This document shows positions 34,126-43,230 of a DNA stretch of 64,000 nt, piece by piece. Location: NCBI GenBank assembly GCA_965279525.1, contig CBDIIB010000005.1, forward strand, positions 1,536,001 through 1,600,000, in the 5' to 3' direction. Made by a program: the position numbers and the translations under genes. Origin of the DNA: Tagaea sp. GTDB lineage: Bacteria > Pseudomonadota > Alphaproteobacteria > CACIAM-22H2. How positions within the stretch are numbered: the first letter of the stretch is position 1; each line of letters opens with the position of its first letter. Under the pieces are notes generated by a model. That model was not told the DNA's origin, did no database searches, and worked only from the letters and a program-made list of their open reading frames with translations.

Positions 34126-34683
34126 CTAACGCGGCCCCGGTTTCCCTTCCATCACCCAGCTCATGAACGTGAAGGTATATTCGCGCGCCGTGTCGCGCCG
34201 CGACGTGTGGCACACGAAGCAGGGCTGCGTGTTCACGCCCGTGCGCTTGACGCCTTCGGGCGTATAGGCGGCGTACTCCCAGTTGGCATTGCGCCATTCG
34301 GCCGGATATTCGGTGCCCCAGCCGGCACGCTTCTCCATGACCGCGATTGCGGCGACCTGGCCTGTCGGCACGAGCCGGCCCCGGGCGTCGCGCACCGCCT
34401 TGCCGTCGGAGCCGAGCGTGGCGATCCGGTCTTCCATCACCAGCACCGTGCCGTCCGGCACCGGTGCGCCGGCGCGCGCGGCGGATGCCGCCTCCGGGTT
34501 CACGTACATGAAGCGGACCTGGTTGGGCGTGCGGTCGGGCCGCTCGATCTCGTTGTAGAGGACGTAGCGGCTGCGCCAGTCGGCGGGCAGTTCGACCTTC
34601 TCGGGCCCTGCCGCGGCGGTGAACGGCGCGAGAGCGACCGGGGCAAGCGCGGCGACGGCAAGGAACAGGAATCGGGCGTTCAT
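34126..34683 (-). CDS. Cytochrome P460/c'-beta family monoheme protein
   Basis: Signal peptide; Y.N.EA, PDGTVLVME, VMEK and WEYA motifs; C-terminal CFVCH heme site. Confidence 0.82.
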   Translation of the reverse strand: MNARFLFLAVAALAPVALAPFTAAAGPEKVELPADWRSRYVLYNEIERPDRTPNQVRFMYVNPEAASAARAGAPVPDGTVLVMEDRIATLGSDGKAVRDARGRLVPTGQVAAIAVMEKRAGWGTEYPAEWRNANWEYAAYTPEGVKRTGVNTQPCFVCHTSRRDTAREYTFTFMSWVMEGKPGPR

Positions 34684-34695
34684 GTCGCGTCTCCT

Positions 34696-35028
34696 TCAGC
34701 GGACGTTGACGACGAGCTTCATGTCGCCGTGCGGCACGCACTCGACCTCGAAGCGCCCGGCGAAGGCGAGCTTGATCTCGCGCTGCTCGGTCGGCCGCTG
34801 GTTGCCGAGATCGAGGGCCCTGCCGCGCGTGGGCACGAACACGGCGTGCGTCTCGTCATCGTCGTTGACGAAGGCGATCGTGTCGCCGACGCGCGCATTG
34901 ACCGTCGCGGGGGAATAGAACCGGCCGAGCATCGTCACCTTGTGGGTGACCGGGGCCGGCGGCGGGGCAAGCGCGCACGCCCCGAGTGTGAACGTGAATC
35001 CGGCGGCGAGTGCGGCAAGGCGCTGCAT
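34696..35028 (-). CDS. Cupredoxin (amicyanin/plastocyanin-like) lipoprotein
   Basis: Lipobox LGAC; GDTIAFVN..TH and type-1 Cu loop CVPHGDM. Confidence 0.82.
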   Translation of the reverse strand: MQRLAALAAGFTFTLGACALAPPPAPVTHKVTMLGRFYSPATVNARVGDTIAFVNDDDETHAVFVPTRGRALDLGNQRPTEQREIKLAFAGRFEVECVPHGDMKLVVNVR

Positions 35029-35167
35029 GGCGGACCTCCCTGATCGTCCGCGAAGGAGTGTGGACCGCCTGCCATCTTTTGCAAGGGGGTAAGGGCCGGC
35101 TGCCGGGATTGCGCGTGAGGGTGGACGTGGTCATTCTGGGTTTCGTCCAGGAGCGGAGAAAACGCAC

Positions 35168-35956
35168 ATGACCACCGAATCCCCCGTCACGATGATCACC
35201 GGTGCCTGCGGCGGCATCGGCTCGGCGATCGTCGAGCGGCTGGCGGCGGCCGGGCATCGGCTGGTGCTCAACGGGCTCGATCCCGCGAAGCTAGACGCGC
35301 ACGTGAACCGGCTTGCGGGCCTCGGCCTTGCGGCGGTCGCGTTCCCCGGCGACGTGCGCGACCGCGCGTTGCCCGAGAAGCTGTGCGCCGTTGCGGTCGC
35401 CAGGTTCGGGCGCATCGATTGTCTGGTGAGCGGGGCGGGCACGTCGCGCCCGGTCGCGTTCGTCGACATGGACGACGAGGAGTGGGACCGGCTCGTCGAC
35501 ATCAATCTTTCGTCCGTCGCGCGCATCTCGCGCGCGGTCGTGCGCACGATGCTATCGCATGGCGGGGGCGGGGCCATCGTCCACATCTCGTCGATCGCGC
35601 ATGCCAATGGCGGGGCCAATCTCGCCTACGGGTCGGCCAAGGGGGCGGTCGCCACGCTCACCTACGGCATGGCGGCGCAGTTGGGGCCGCAGGGGATCCG
35701 CGTCAACGCGGTCGCCCCCGGCGTCATCGACACGCCCTTGGTGCGCGGTGCCTTCGAGGCGAACTTCAATGCGCTGGTCGCGGGGGCTTCGGCGCGCACG
35801 CCGTTGCGCCGCATCGGCCGGCCGCAGGACGTGGCCGAAGTCGTCGCCTTCCTGCTGTCGCCCGCCGCCGCCTTCGTGACCGGCGCGCTGGTGCCGATCA
35901 CCGGCGGCATCGAATTCCTCGCCCCCATCTCAGCCCTGCACGAAGGGGCAAAATAG
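35168..35956 (+). CDS. SDR family oxidoreductase
   Basis: TGACGGIG, YGSAK and IRVNAVAPG motifs. Confidence 0.92.
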   Translation: MTTESPVTMITGACGGIGSAIVERLAAAGHRLVLNGLDPAKLDAHVNRLAGLGLAAVAFPGDVRDRALPEKLCAVAVARFGRIDCLVSGAGTSRPVAFVDMDDEEWDRLVDINLSSVARISRAVVRTMLSHGGGGAIVHISSIAHANGGANLAYGSAKGAVATLTYGMAAQLGPQGIRVNAVAPGVIDTPLVRGAFEANFNALVAGASARTPLRRIGRPQDVAEVVAFLLSPAAAFVTGALVPITGGIEFLAPISALHEGAK

Positions 35957-35971
35957 GCGTATGGTTGGGAC

Positions 35972-36592
35972 ATGACCGCCCCCGCCCTCGACATCCACCA
36001 TGCGCCTTCAGGTCTCTCCGACCGTTTCGCGCTGGCGGTCACCAAGCTGCTGCGCTTCTGCGCCGACACGTTCTTCGCCAAACGTTACGGCCATCGCGCC
36101 ATCGTGCTGGAAACGGTGGCGGCGGTGCCCGGCATGGTCGCGGCGACGCTCACGCATCTGCGCTGCCTGCGCAACATGACCGACGACAAGGGCTGGATCC
36201 ATATCCTGCTCGACGAGGCCGAGAACGAGCGCATGCACCTGATGACGTTCGTCGCCATCGCCAAGCCCACGCGGTTCGAGCGCATCGTGATCCTGGCGGC
36301 ACAGTGGCTCTTCTATGTATTCTTCTTCTTCCTCTATCTCGTCAGCGCCAAGACCGCCCACCGCCTCGTCGGCTATTTCGAGGAGGAGGCGGTGATCAGC
36401 TACACGCACTATCTGCGCGAAATCGACGAGGGCCGCTCGCCCAACGTGCCGGCCCCTGAAATTGCCCGCACCTACTGGAAAGACCTGCCGGCCGACGCCA
36501 CGCTGCGCGACGTGGTGCTCGTCGTGCGCAACGACGAGGCGCATCACCGCGACGTGAATCACGGGTTCGCAGGCGAACTCGCCGCGGCGTAG
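35972..36592 (+). CDS. aox: Alternative (ubiquinol) oxidase
   Basis: Di-iron motifs LETVAAVPGM, EAENERMH, FEEEA..SY and RNDEAHH. Confidence 0.95.
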   Translation: MTAPALDIHHAPSGLSDRFALAVTKLLRFCADTFFAKRYGHRAIVLETVAAVPGMVAATLTHLRCLRNMTDDKGWIHILLDEAENERMHLMTFVAIAKPTRFERIVILAAQWLFYVFFFFLYLVSAKTAHRLVGYFEEEAVISYTHYLREIDEGRSPNVPAPEIARTYWKDLPADATLRDVVLVVRNDEAHHRDVNHGFAGELAAA

Positions 36593-36602
36593 AGGCTTTC
36601 CT

Positions 36603-36953
36603 TCAGTTCTTCGGCGCCACTCGCGCCGCGAACGACTGCGCGACGATCTTGCCGCCGCGCACCACGAACGTGTCGGTCGCGAATTCGTAGCGGTTGTCGG
36701 CCGTCTCGGCCGACCAGACGATATAGGCGTGCTCGCCGTCGCTGGTGCGGTGCTGGAGGTCGAACGAGGCGCCCGGCTTGCCGAATTCCCAGATCAGCGC
36801 CTGGAACAGCGGGCGGATCGCGTCGACGCCCTTGAGCGGGCCGGCGGGCGTGAACAGCACGGCGCCCGGCGCGTAATCGGAAAGTATGCCGTCGAGATCG
36901 CCCTTGGCGAACGCGCCCAGATGATTGTCCAGAACGTCGTCGGTCGACACCAT
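36603..36953 (-). CDS. NTF2/SnoaL-like protein
   Basis: H..AF..GDLD.IL.DY, G.D.IR and DTFVVRGGKIV patterns. Confidence 0.85.
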   Translation of the reverse strand: MVSTDDVLDNHLGAFAKGDLDGILSDYAPGAVLFTPAGPLKGVDAIRPLFQALIWEFGKPGASFDLQHRTSDGEHAYIVWSAETADNRYEFATDTFVVRGGKIVAQSFAARVAPKN

Positions 36954-37271
36954 TTACCATTCCTCCGCTGCCGGTCGCGATGCCCTGTTTACGGGCGTCG
37001 GACGGCGGTGCGAATGACCGGGAGACCGGAATACGTGACCGTTCTGCCGTATCGCGCGGCCTGCGCGATTTGGGGTTGCAATCACCGATGGCCCAGACCA
37101 AATTCCTTGCATTGTCCGGGTCCACTTTCCGGGCATGCGCTGTTTGACATGTGAATATGTTTTCCCGCGATGCACCGGTTGCATCGAATCGCGTTGCAGT
37201 AACACATGAATAACTTCAAAGGCTTAAATACGTTACGGTTGCACGTCGTAACCAGTACTTTTCCGGCGGGC

Positions 37272-37287
37272 TGGAATGCCGCTTGCT
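37272..37287 (+). promoter_or_regulatory. sigma54 (-24/-12) promoter of the FAD oxidoreductase gene
   Basis: TGG-aatgccgctt-GCT gives exact GG-N10-GC spacing; an AT-rich segment lies upstream. Confidence 0.65.
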
Positions 37288-37339
37288 AGGGCATTCTAGT
37301 TGTAGGACGTCACCGCCATCCAAGGAACGGATAGAACCC

Positions 37340-38737
37340 ATGCCCGATCTCAGCCTGTTCCTCGCTTCCGTCGGCGACGTGCCGACGATCACCGACCCGG
37401 TAATCGTGCGCCAGAAGAGCCGCGACATGACGGCGGCGTTCAGCCCGGTGATGAAGAAGGAACTGGCCGACAAGTCGGCCGACGTGATCGTCCGCCCGCG
37501 CACCAAGGCGGAGATCGCGCGCGTGGCGTCGGCGGCAGCGAAGTCCCGCCTGCCGCTGATCGCGCGCGGCGGCGGGACCGCCAATTTCGGCCAGGGCATC
37601 CCGCTTGCCGGCGGGGCGATCCTCGACCTCACGGCCTACGAGGGGATCGTCTGGCAGAAGCCGGGTGCCGCCCGCATGCGCGCGGGCACGCGGCTTTTCG
37701 ACATCGATGCCGCGACGCGGCCCAACGGGTGGGAGCTGCGCATCTTCTCGTCGACCAAGAAGGCCGCGACGATCGGCGGCTTCGTCGGCGGCGGGCATTC
37801 GGGCATCGGGGCCGCCGTGCACGGCATCCTGCGCGACCGGGGCAACATCCTCGGCATGGAAGTGATGAGCGTCGAGGAAGAGCCCAAGACCGTCGAGCTG
37901 CGCGGGCGCGACTGCAATCTCGTCCACCACGCCTATGGCGCCAACGGCATCATGATCGAGGTCGAGATGCCGCTCGCCCCGGCCTGGCCGTGGCGCGAGG
38001 CCTATGTGCAGTTCGAGGATTTCATGGATGCCGCACGCTTCGCGGTCGAGCTGGCCGAGGCCGACGGCATCGTGCGCAAGGTCGTCTCGCTGCAGCAATG
38101 GCCGGTCCCCTCGATGATCCGCGCCTTCGAAAGCGTGGCCAAGCCCGGCTTCTCGGCCGTGCTGGCACTCGTGGCCGAACCTTCGCTCGAAGCCTTCGCC
38201 GATCTGGTGAAGGCGCATCGCGGCCACGCAGAGCCCCTGTGCGCCGAGGGCGATGGCCCGTGGGGCGCACCGCTTTACGAATTCCTGTGGGGCCACACGC
38301 TGCTCAACGTCAACAAGACGGACCGTTCGCGCAAGAACGTCGCCGGCCTTTTCCCGCCCCACGACCTGATCGGCGCCATCGGCCGCGCGGCCAAGCGCTT
38401 CGCCGACGTGGGCCCCCTCCATCTCGAGGCCAAGCGCATTGACGGCCGGCTGTCGTTCCAGGGTTCGCCGCTGTTCAGCTACCGCGACGAGGCGCAGATG
38501 GCCGACATCGTGCGCGGCCTCACCGCCGAGGGCTGCGAAGTGGCCAACAACCACACCTTCCTCGTCAAGGAAGGCGGCATGAAGATCGTCGACGAGCGCG
38601 ACATGGACTTCAAGCGCCTGATGGATCCCTACGACCTGATGAACCCGGGCAAGCTGTCGATCGACGAAGCGAGCCGCAAGTCGAGTGCCGGGGCTTCGCT
38701 GCCGACCGCGATCTGGAACTACCGGCAGGCGGTCTGA
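37340..38737 (+). CDS. FAD-binding oxidoreductase (GlcD/VAO-like)
   Basis: RGGGTANFGQ, ATIGGFVGGG, HAYGANGI and DPYDLMNPGK motifs. Confidence 0.9.
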   Translation: MPDLSLFLASVGDVPTITDPVIVRQKSRDMTAAFSPVMKKELADKSADVIVRPRTKAEIARVASAAAKSRLPLIARGGGTANFGQGIPLAGGAILDLTAYEGIVWQKPGAARMRAGTRLFDIDAATRPNGWELRIFSSTKKAATIGGFVGGGHSGIGAAVHGILRDRGNILGMEVMSVEEEPKTVELRGRDCNLVHHAYGANGIMIEVEMPLAPAWPWREAYVQFEDFMDAARFAVELAEADGIVRKVVSLQQWPVPSMIRAFESVAKPGFSAVLALVAEPSLEAFADLVKAHRGHAEPLCAEGDGPWGAPLYEFLWGHTLLNVNKTDRSRKNVAGLFPPHDLIGAIGRAAKRFADVGPLHLEAKRIDGRLSFQGSPLFSYRDEAQMADIVRGLTAEGCEVANNHTFLVKEGGMKIVDERDMDFKRLMDPYDLMNPGKLSIDEASRKSSAGASLPTAIWNYRQAV

Positions 38738-40093
38738 TCAGGGGCCGCCGACGACCGCGTCCAGCTCGCGATAATCGGGAACACTGGCAACCAGTCGCGT
38801 GCCGTCGCGCACGACGATGCGGTCGTCCTGCCCGCGCGACAGCATCTGCGACAGGCTGCGCGCGGCAAGCACGATGAAATCGGCGGGAGCACCCTTCCTG
38901 AAGCGGCCGGCATCGGGCAGCTTCATGATGTCGGCGGGCGTGCTCGACGCCGCGCGCGGCCAGTCGGCGAAAGGATGGTCGAGCTGCAGGATGCGCACGG
39001 CGTTGGTCCACGTCTCCAGCATGTCGTGGTCGCCATAGGCGTAGAACGGGTCGCGCACGTTGTCGCCCGCCACCGCCACCCGCAGGCCTTTCGCTTTCGC
39101 CTCGTGCAGCACCGTCACGCCGCGCCAGCGCGGCGTGCGCCCCGCCTTGCGGTCCTGCAGGTACATATTGCAGGCCGGCAGGCTGACGATGTCGATGCCG
39201 GCTTGCGCGCATAGCTCCAGCGTGCGTTCGATTTCGGCTTCGTCCTGCAAGGCGAGTGCACAGACATGGCCCACGAGGATGCGGCCCTTGAAGCGCTTGG
39301 CCAGCGCGATCTTCGCGATGCGCGGTAGGGCGCGCGCTTCCGGGTCGCTCGACTCGTCGACATGCAGGTCCAGATCGAGGCCACGCTCGGCGGCAAGATC
39401 GAACAGGTTGGTGAACGCCGCATCGAAGGCCGGCGGCGGTGCGGCACCGGTCTGGCCCATCATGCGTGTCCCGCTGCCGAGCTGGCCGCCGGCAGCCGCC
39501 ACGCGGTCGGCGATCGTGCGGCCTTCGTCCGTCAGGAACGCGTCGGGCGGGCCCAGCGACGTCGCCTGCAATGCGATGCGCCCGGCCCAGCGGTCGCGCA
39601 GCTTCATGAACACCGGAAACGAGATCGCCGCCTGCGGGCCCTGCGGATCGAGATGCGTGCGGATCGCCACGGTGCCGTGCGCGTAGGCAGTGCGCACGGC
39701 GAACTCGAAGCGCGCCTCGACATCCTCCGCGGTCCAGTGCTTGGCCCGGTCGGACGCGACGGCCGTCACCGCGCCAAAGCCGGTCCCGTCGGGGTTCGGC
39801 GCGCGCGGCCAGATGTGGCCCTTGTCGAGATGCGTGTGGACGTCGACCAGGCCGGGCCACAGCAGCCTGCTGCCGGCATCGACGCCCGCCAGTTCCGCCG
39901 GCGCCGTGCCGGCCGGCAGGAACGCGGCGAAGCGCCCGGCATCGACGACGATATCGAGATTGACGATGCCTTCTCGGTCGGGGCCCTCGCTGCCGCGCAT
40001 GCCGGGGGCAGGGCCTTCGATCAGGCATGCGGGCACACGCGCTTCGCGCAGCACCCAGACCGGGGCGTGCGGAACCTCGAACGGCCGCGTCAT
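38738..40093 (-). CDS. Cytosine deaminase-like amidohydrolase
   Basis: DVHTHLDK, IRTHLD, DLHVDE and DNVRDPFY motifs. Confidence 0.9.
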   Translation of the reverse strand: MTRPFEVPHAPVWVLREARVPACLIEGPAPGMRGSEGPDREGIVNLDIVVDAGRFAAFLPAGTAPAELAGVDAGSRLLWPGLVDVHTHLDKGHIWPRAPNPDGTGFGAVTAVASDRAKHWTAEDVEARFEFAVRTAYAHGTVAIRTHLDPQGPQAAISFPVFMKLRDRWAGRIALQATSLGPPDAFLTDEGRTIADRVAAAGGQLGSGTRMMGQTGAAPPPAFDAAFTNLFDLAAERGLDLDLHVDESSDPEARALPRIAKIALAKRFKGRILVGHVCALALQDEAEIERTLELCAQAGIDIVSLPACNMYLQDRKAGRTPRWRGVTVLHEAKAKGLRVAVAGDNVRDPFYAYGDHDMLETWTNAVRILQLDHPFADWPRAASSTPADIMKLPDAGRFRKGAPADFIVLAARSLSQMLSRGQDDRIVVRDGTRLVASVPDYRELDAVVGGP

Positions 40094-40100
40094 CGCAAGA

Positions 40101-41120
40101 TCAGGCGAGGCCGACGCGCTTGTTGACGAACTGCAGCGTATAGCCCTTCGTCACGTCGAGGCCGGCGGGCTGCGCGCCCGCCTCGACCATCGACTTGTAG
40201 AACGAGCTCCAGCGCGCGTCGGTCATGGCGCCGATGCCCAGCGTCTTCGCATCGCCCGATTCGACCATGCCCGAGGATTTCATGGCCGAGATCGCGTAGG
40301 CGATCTTCTCGTCGGTCATGTCGGGATTGTCTTTCTTGATGAGCGCGTTTGCCGGCGCCGCGTCGCCGTTCAGGTACGACGCCCATCCTTTCGCGACGCA
40401 GTCGACGACGCGCTGCACGAGGTCGGGCTTCTCGTTGACGAGCTTGCGCGAGGTGTTGAGCGTCGACTGGTAATTGTCGAAGCCGTAATCGGCCAGCACA
40501 TGCACGACCGGCTCGACGCCGGCCTTGCGCACGTCCAGCGGCTCGCTTGTCAGCAGGCCCTGCACCGTCATCGTCTTGTCGGCGAGGAAGGGTGCCAGGT
40601 TGAACGTGTAGGGTCGCGCCTGCTCGTCGGCGAAGCCGTACTTGGCTTTCATCCAGGCGAAATACGTCGTGCGGCCGAGCGTGGCGATCAGCAGCGGCTT
40701 GCCCTTGAGGTCGGTCAGCTTGTCGTTGCCCACGCCGGGGTGCGAGATCAGCACGCGCGGATCCTTCTGGAAGATGGCGCCGACGACGAGGAAGGGCAGG
40801 TTCTCGCGCACGTAGTTGAAGCCCGAATAGGCGTCCGACACGATCATGTCGACGCGCCCGCCCAGCAGCAGGCCCGACACGTCGACCTGCGGCCCGCCCA
40901 TGCGGATCTCGACGTCGATTCCGGCCTGCTGGAACAGGCCGGTGGCCTTCGCCTGGTAGAAGCCGCCATGCTCGGCCTGCGCGCGCCAGCCGGTCTGGAA
41001 GACGAACTTGTCGAGCGTCTGGGCGCGAAGGGCGGGGGCCGCCAGCGTGCCGACCGCGGCGGCTGCCGTCAGTTTGAGCGCATTGCGGCGCGAAAGGCCG
41101 AATTTCTGGGCATGATCCAT
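40101..41120 (-). CDS. ABC substrate-binding protein, NMT1/THI5-like, Tat-exported
   Basis: Twin-arginine signal SRRNAL; WRAQAEHGGFYQA and GGPQV motifs. Confidence 0.88.
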   Translation of the reverse strand: MDHAQKFGLSRRNALKLTAAAAVGTLAAPALRAQTLDKFVFQTGWRAQAEHGGFYQAKATGLFQQAGIDVEIRMGGPQVDVSGLLLGGRVDMIVSDAYSGFNYVRENLPFLVVGAIFQKDPRVLISHPGVGNDKLTDLKGKPLLIATLGRTTYFAWMKAKYGFADEQARPYTFNLAPFLADKTMTVQGLLTSEPLDVRKAGVEPVVHVLADYGFDNYQSTLNTSRKLVNEKPDLVQRVVDCVAKGWASYLNGDAAPANALIKKDNPDMTDEKIAYAISAMKSSGMVESGDAKTLGIGAMTDARWSSFYKSMVEAGAQPAGLDVTKGYTLQFVNKRVGLA

Positions 41121-41166
41121 GGGCCACCTCCATCCTGTCCGGGATCGACAGGGCTGGAGTCTGAAC

Positions 41167-41182
41167 AGCAATGTCCGTGCCG
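41167..41182 (-). promoter_or_regulatory. sigma54 (-24/-12) promoter of the SBP-deaminase operon
   Basis: Minus strand CGGCAC-ggaca-TTGCT, close to the consensus TGGCAC-N5-TTGCW. Confidence 0.72.
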
Positions 41183-41184
41183 GG

Positions 41185-42801
41185 TCAGGCGTGCGCCTTG
41201 GCATCCTCGAGGATCATCGCCGCGGCCTTCTCGGCGATCATGATCGTCGGCGCGTTGGTGTTGCCCGACGTGATCGTCGGCATGACCGAGGCATCGGCCA
41301 CGCGGCAGCCGGCAAGGCCGCGCAGGGCGAGCCTCGCATCGACCACCGCCATCGCGTCGTCGCCCATCCGGCAGGTGCCCACGGGGTGGAAAATAGTGGT
41401 TCCGATGCGCCCCGCCGCCTTCGCAAGGTCGGCGTCGGTGACGATCTCGGCACCCGGGCGGAACTCCTCGGGCCGGAAGCGCTGCAGGGCCGGGGCCGAA
41501 ACGATTTTCCGCGTGAGCTTGATCGCCTCGGCAGCCACATGCCGGTCGGCTTCGGTCGCAAGATAGTTCGGCCGGATCGCCGGTGGCGCCATCGGATCGG
41601 CCGACTTGACGCGCACCGATCCGCGGCTGGTGGGGCGCAGATTGCAAACCGACGCCGTGAAGGCGGGGAAGGCGTGCAGTGGCTCGCCGAACCGGTCGAG
41701 GCTCAGCGGCTGCACGTGGTATTCGAGATCGGGCGTGGCCATGCGCGGATCGGACTTGGCGAACGCGCCGAGCTGGGACGGCGCCATCGTCAGCGGCCCG
41801 CGCCGGAACAGCGCGTATTCGAGCGCCATGCCGACCTTGCCGAACCACGAATTGGCGCGCTCGTTGAGCGTGTTCGTGCCGCTCACCTTGTAGGCGCAGC
41901 GGATCTGCAGATGGTCCTGCAGGTTCTCGCCCACGCCCGCCAGCGCGTGCGTTACGCCGATGCCGTACGCACCGAGCAAGGCCGGATCGCCGATGCCCGA
42001 CAGCTGCAGGATCTGCGGCGAGCCGATGGCGCCGGCCGCCAGCACGACTTCGCGCGCGGCGCGTGCGTGCGCGGGGCGCCCGTTCAGGTCGAACTCGATG
42101 CCGGTCACGCGGCCTGCCTCGACCGTCAACCGGCGCGCCTGCGCATGCGTGAGCACGCGCAGGTTCGGCCGCCCCATCGCGGGCCGAAGGAAGCCCTTGG
42201 CCGTCGTCCAGCGCACGCCCTTGTTCTGGTTCACCTGGAAATAGGCGCAGCCGTGATTGTCGCCGCGGTTGAAGTCGTCGATCTTCGGGATGCCCGTTTC
42301 GGCCGCCGCGTCGCGGAACGCGTCGAGGATCTCCCACGACAGCCGCATCTCCTCGACGCGGAACTCGCCGCCCTTGCCGTGCAGCGCGTCGTCGAAGCGC
42401 ACGTTGTCTTCCGACTTTCGGAAATAGGGGAGCACGTCGTCCCAGCCCCAGCCCGCGTTGCCGAGCTGGCGCCAGTGGTCGTAGTCGGCCGACTGGCCGC
42501 GCATGTAGATCATGCCGTTGATGGCCGTGCACCCGCCCAGCACCTTGCCGCGCGGATAGCCGAGCGCCCGGTCGCCGAGGCCCGGCTCGACTTCCGTCTT
42601 GAAACACCAATCCACGCGCGGGTTGCCGTGCGTATAGAGATAGCCGATCGGCACGTGGATCCAGACATAGTCGTCGTCGCCGCCCGCCTCGAGCAGCAGC
42701 ACGCGGTTTGCCGGATCGGCCGACAGGCGGTTGGCGAGCACGCAGCCTGCCGAGCCGGCGCCGACCACGACATAGTCGTAGCTGCCCGCGTCCTCGCTCA
42801 T
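41185..42801 (-). CDS. GMC family oxidoreductase (choline dehydrogenase-like)
   Basis: VVGAGSAG, RGKVLGG..INGM, GENLQDH, FHPVGTCRMG, DASVMP and GNTNAP motifs. Confidence 0.93.
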   Translation of the reverse strand: MSEDAGSYDYVVVGAGSAGCVLANRLSADPANRVLLLEAGGDDDYVWIHVPIGYLYTHGNPRVDWCFKTEVEPGLGDRALGYPRGKVLGGCTAINGMIYMRGQSADYDHWRQLGNAGWGWDDVLPYFRKSEDNVRFDDALHGKGGEFRVEEMRLSWEILDAFRDAAAETGIPKIDDFNRGDNHGCAYFQVNQNKGVRWTTAKGFLRPAMGRPNLRVLTHAQARRLTVEAGRVTGIEFDLNGRPAHARAAREVVLAAGAIGSPQILQLSGIGDPALLGAYGIGVTHALAGVGENLQDHLQIRCAYKVSGTNTLNERANSWFGKVGMALEYALFRRGPLTMAPSQLGAFAKSDPRMATPDLEYHVQPLSLDRFGEPLHAFPAFTASVCNLRPTSRGSVRVKSADPMAPPAIRPNYLATEADRHVAAEAIKLTRKIVSAPALQRFRPEEFRPGAEIVTDADLAKAAGRIGTTIFHPVGTCRMGDDAMAVVDARLALRGLAGCRVADASVMPTITSGNTNAPTIMIAEKAAAMILEDAKAHA

Positions 42802-43157
42802 GCGCCGGCCCGGAAACCGAGATAGACCGCCGCAAGGCACAGCACGACCGACAGCACGACATTGGACGCCGCCCCAAGCCAGTCGCCGCGCTGGGCAAGG
42901 TCCAGCGTCTGCAGCGAGAAGGCGGAGAACGTCGTATAGCCGCCGAGCACGCCGGCCATCAGGAACAGGCGCAGCTCCGGACTGGACGGGGCGATCGCCG
43001 CGACATAGCCGATCGCGAAGCTGCCGGTGACGTTGACCAGGATCGTCCACCAGGGCAGGCCCTGCGGGTCGAGCCGGGCGGCAAGCGCCTCCGACACGGC
43101 GTGGCGGCCGACCCCGCCGAGCGCGCTTCCGGCCGCGATCCAAAGATAGATTCCCAT
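42798..43157 (-). CDS. crcB: Fluoride efflux channel CrcB/Fluc
   Basis: GSALGG.GR, PW.T..VNV.GSF and G.LGGYTTFS.F motifs. Confidence 0.92.
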   Translation of the reverse strand: MGIYLWIAAGSALGGVGRHAVSEALAARLDPQGLPWWTILVNVTGSFAIGYVAAIAPSSPELRLFLMAGVLGGYTTFSAFSLQTLDLAQRGDWLGAASNVVLSVVLCLAAVYLGFRAGA

Positions 43158-43230
43158 GCGATTTCCGTCCCTTGGGGCCCCCACTGGCAAGCGGCATTGT
43201 GGCCCGCTAGGTTAAGAGAGTTCAACAGGC

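Noticed and set aside
37171-37198. Canonical NtrC site
   Set aside because: The TGCA boxes are spaced N5 and N11 rather than the N9 of TGCACCA-N3-TGGTGCA, so the activator cannot be assigned.
36954-37205. 83-aa ORF in the AT-rich spacer
   Set aside because: No RBS or recognisable features; the region is better explained as the regulatory region of a sigma54 promoter.
43158-43230. Fluoride riboswitch or CtrA box upstream of crcB
   Set aside because: No riboswitch core is visible, and TTAA-N6-TCAA has the wrong spacing for a CtrA box.
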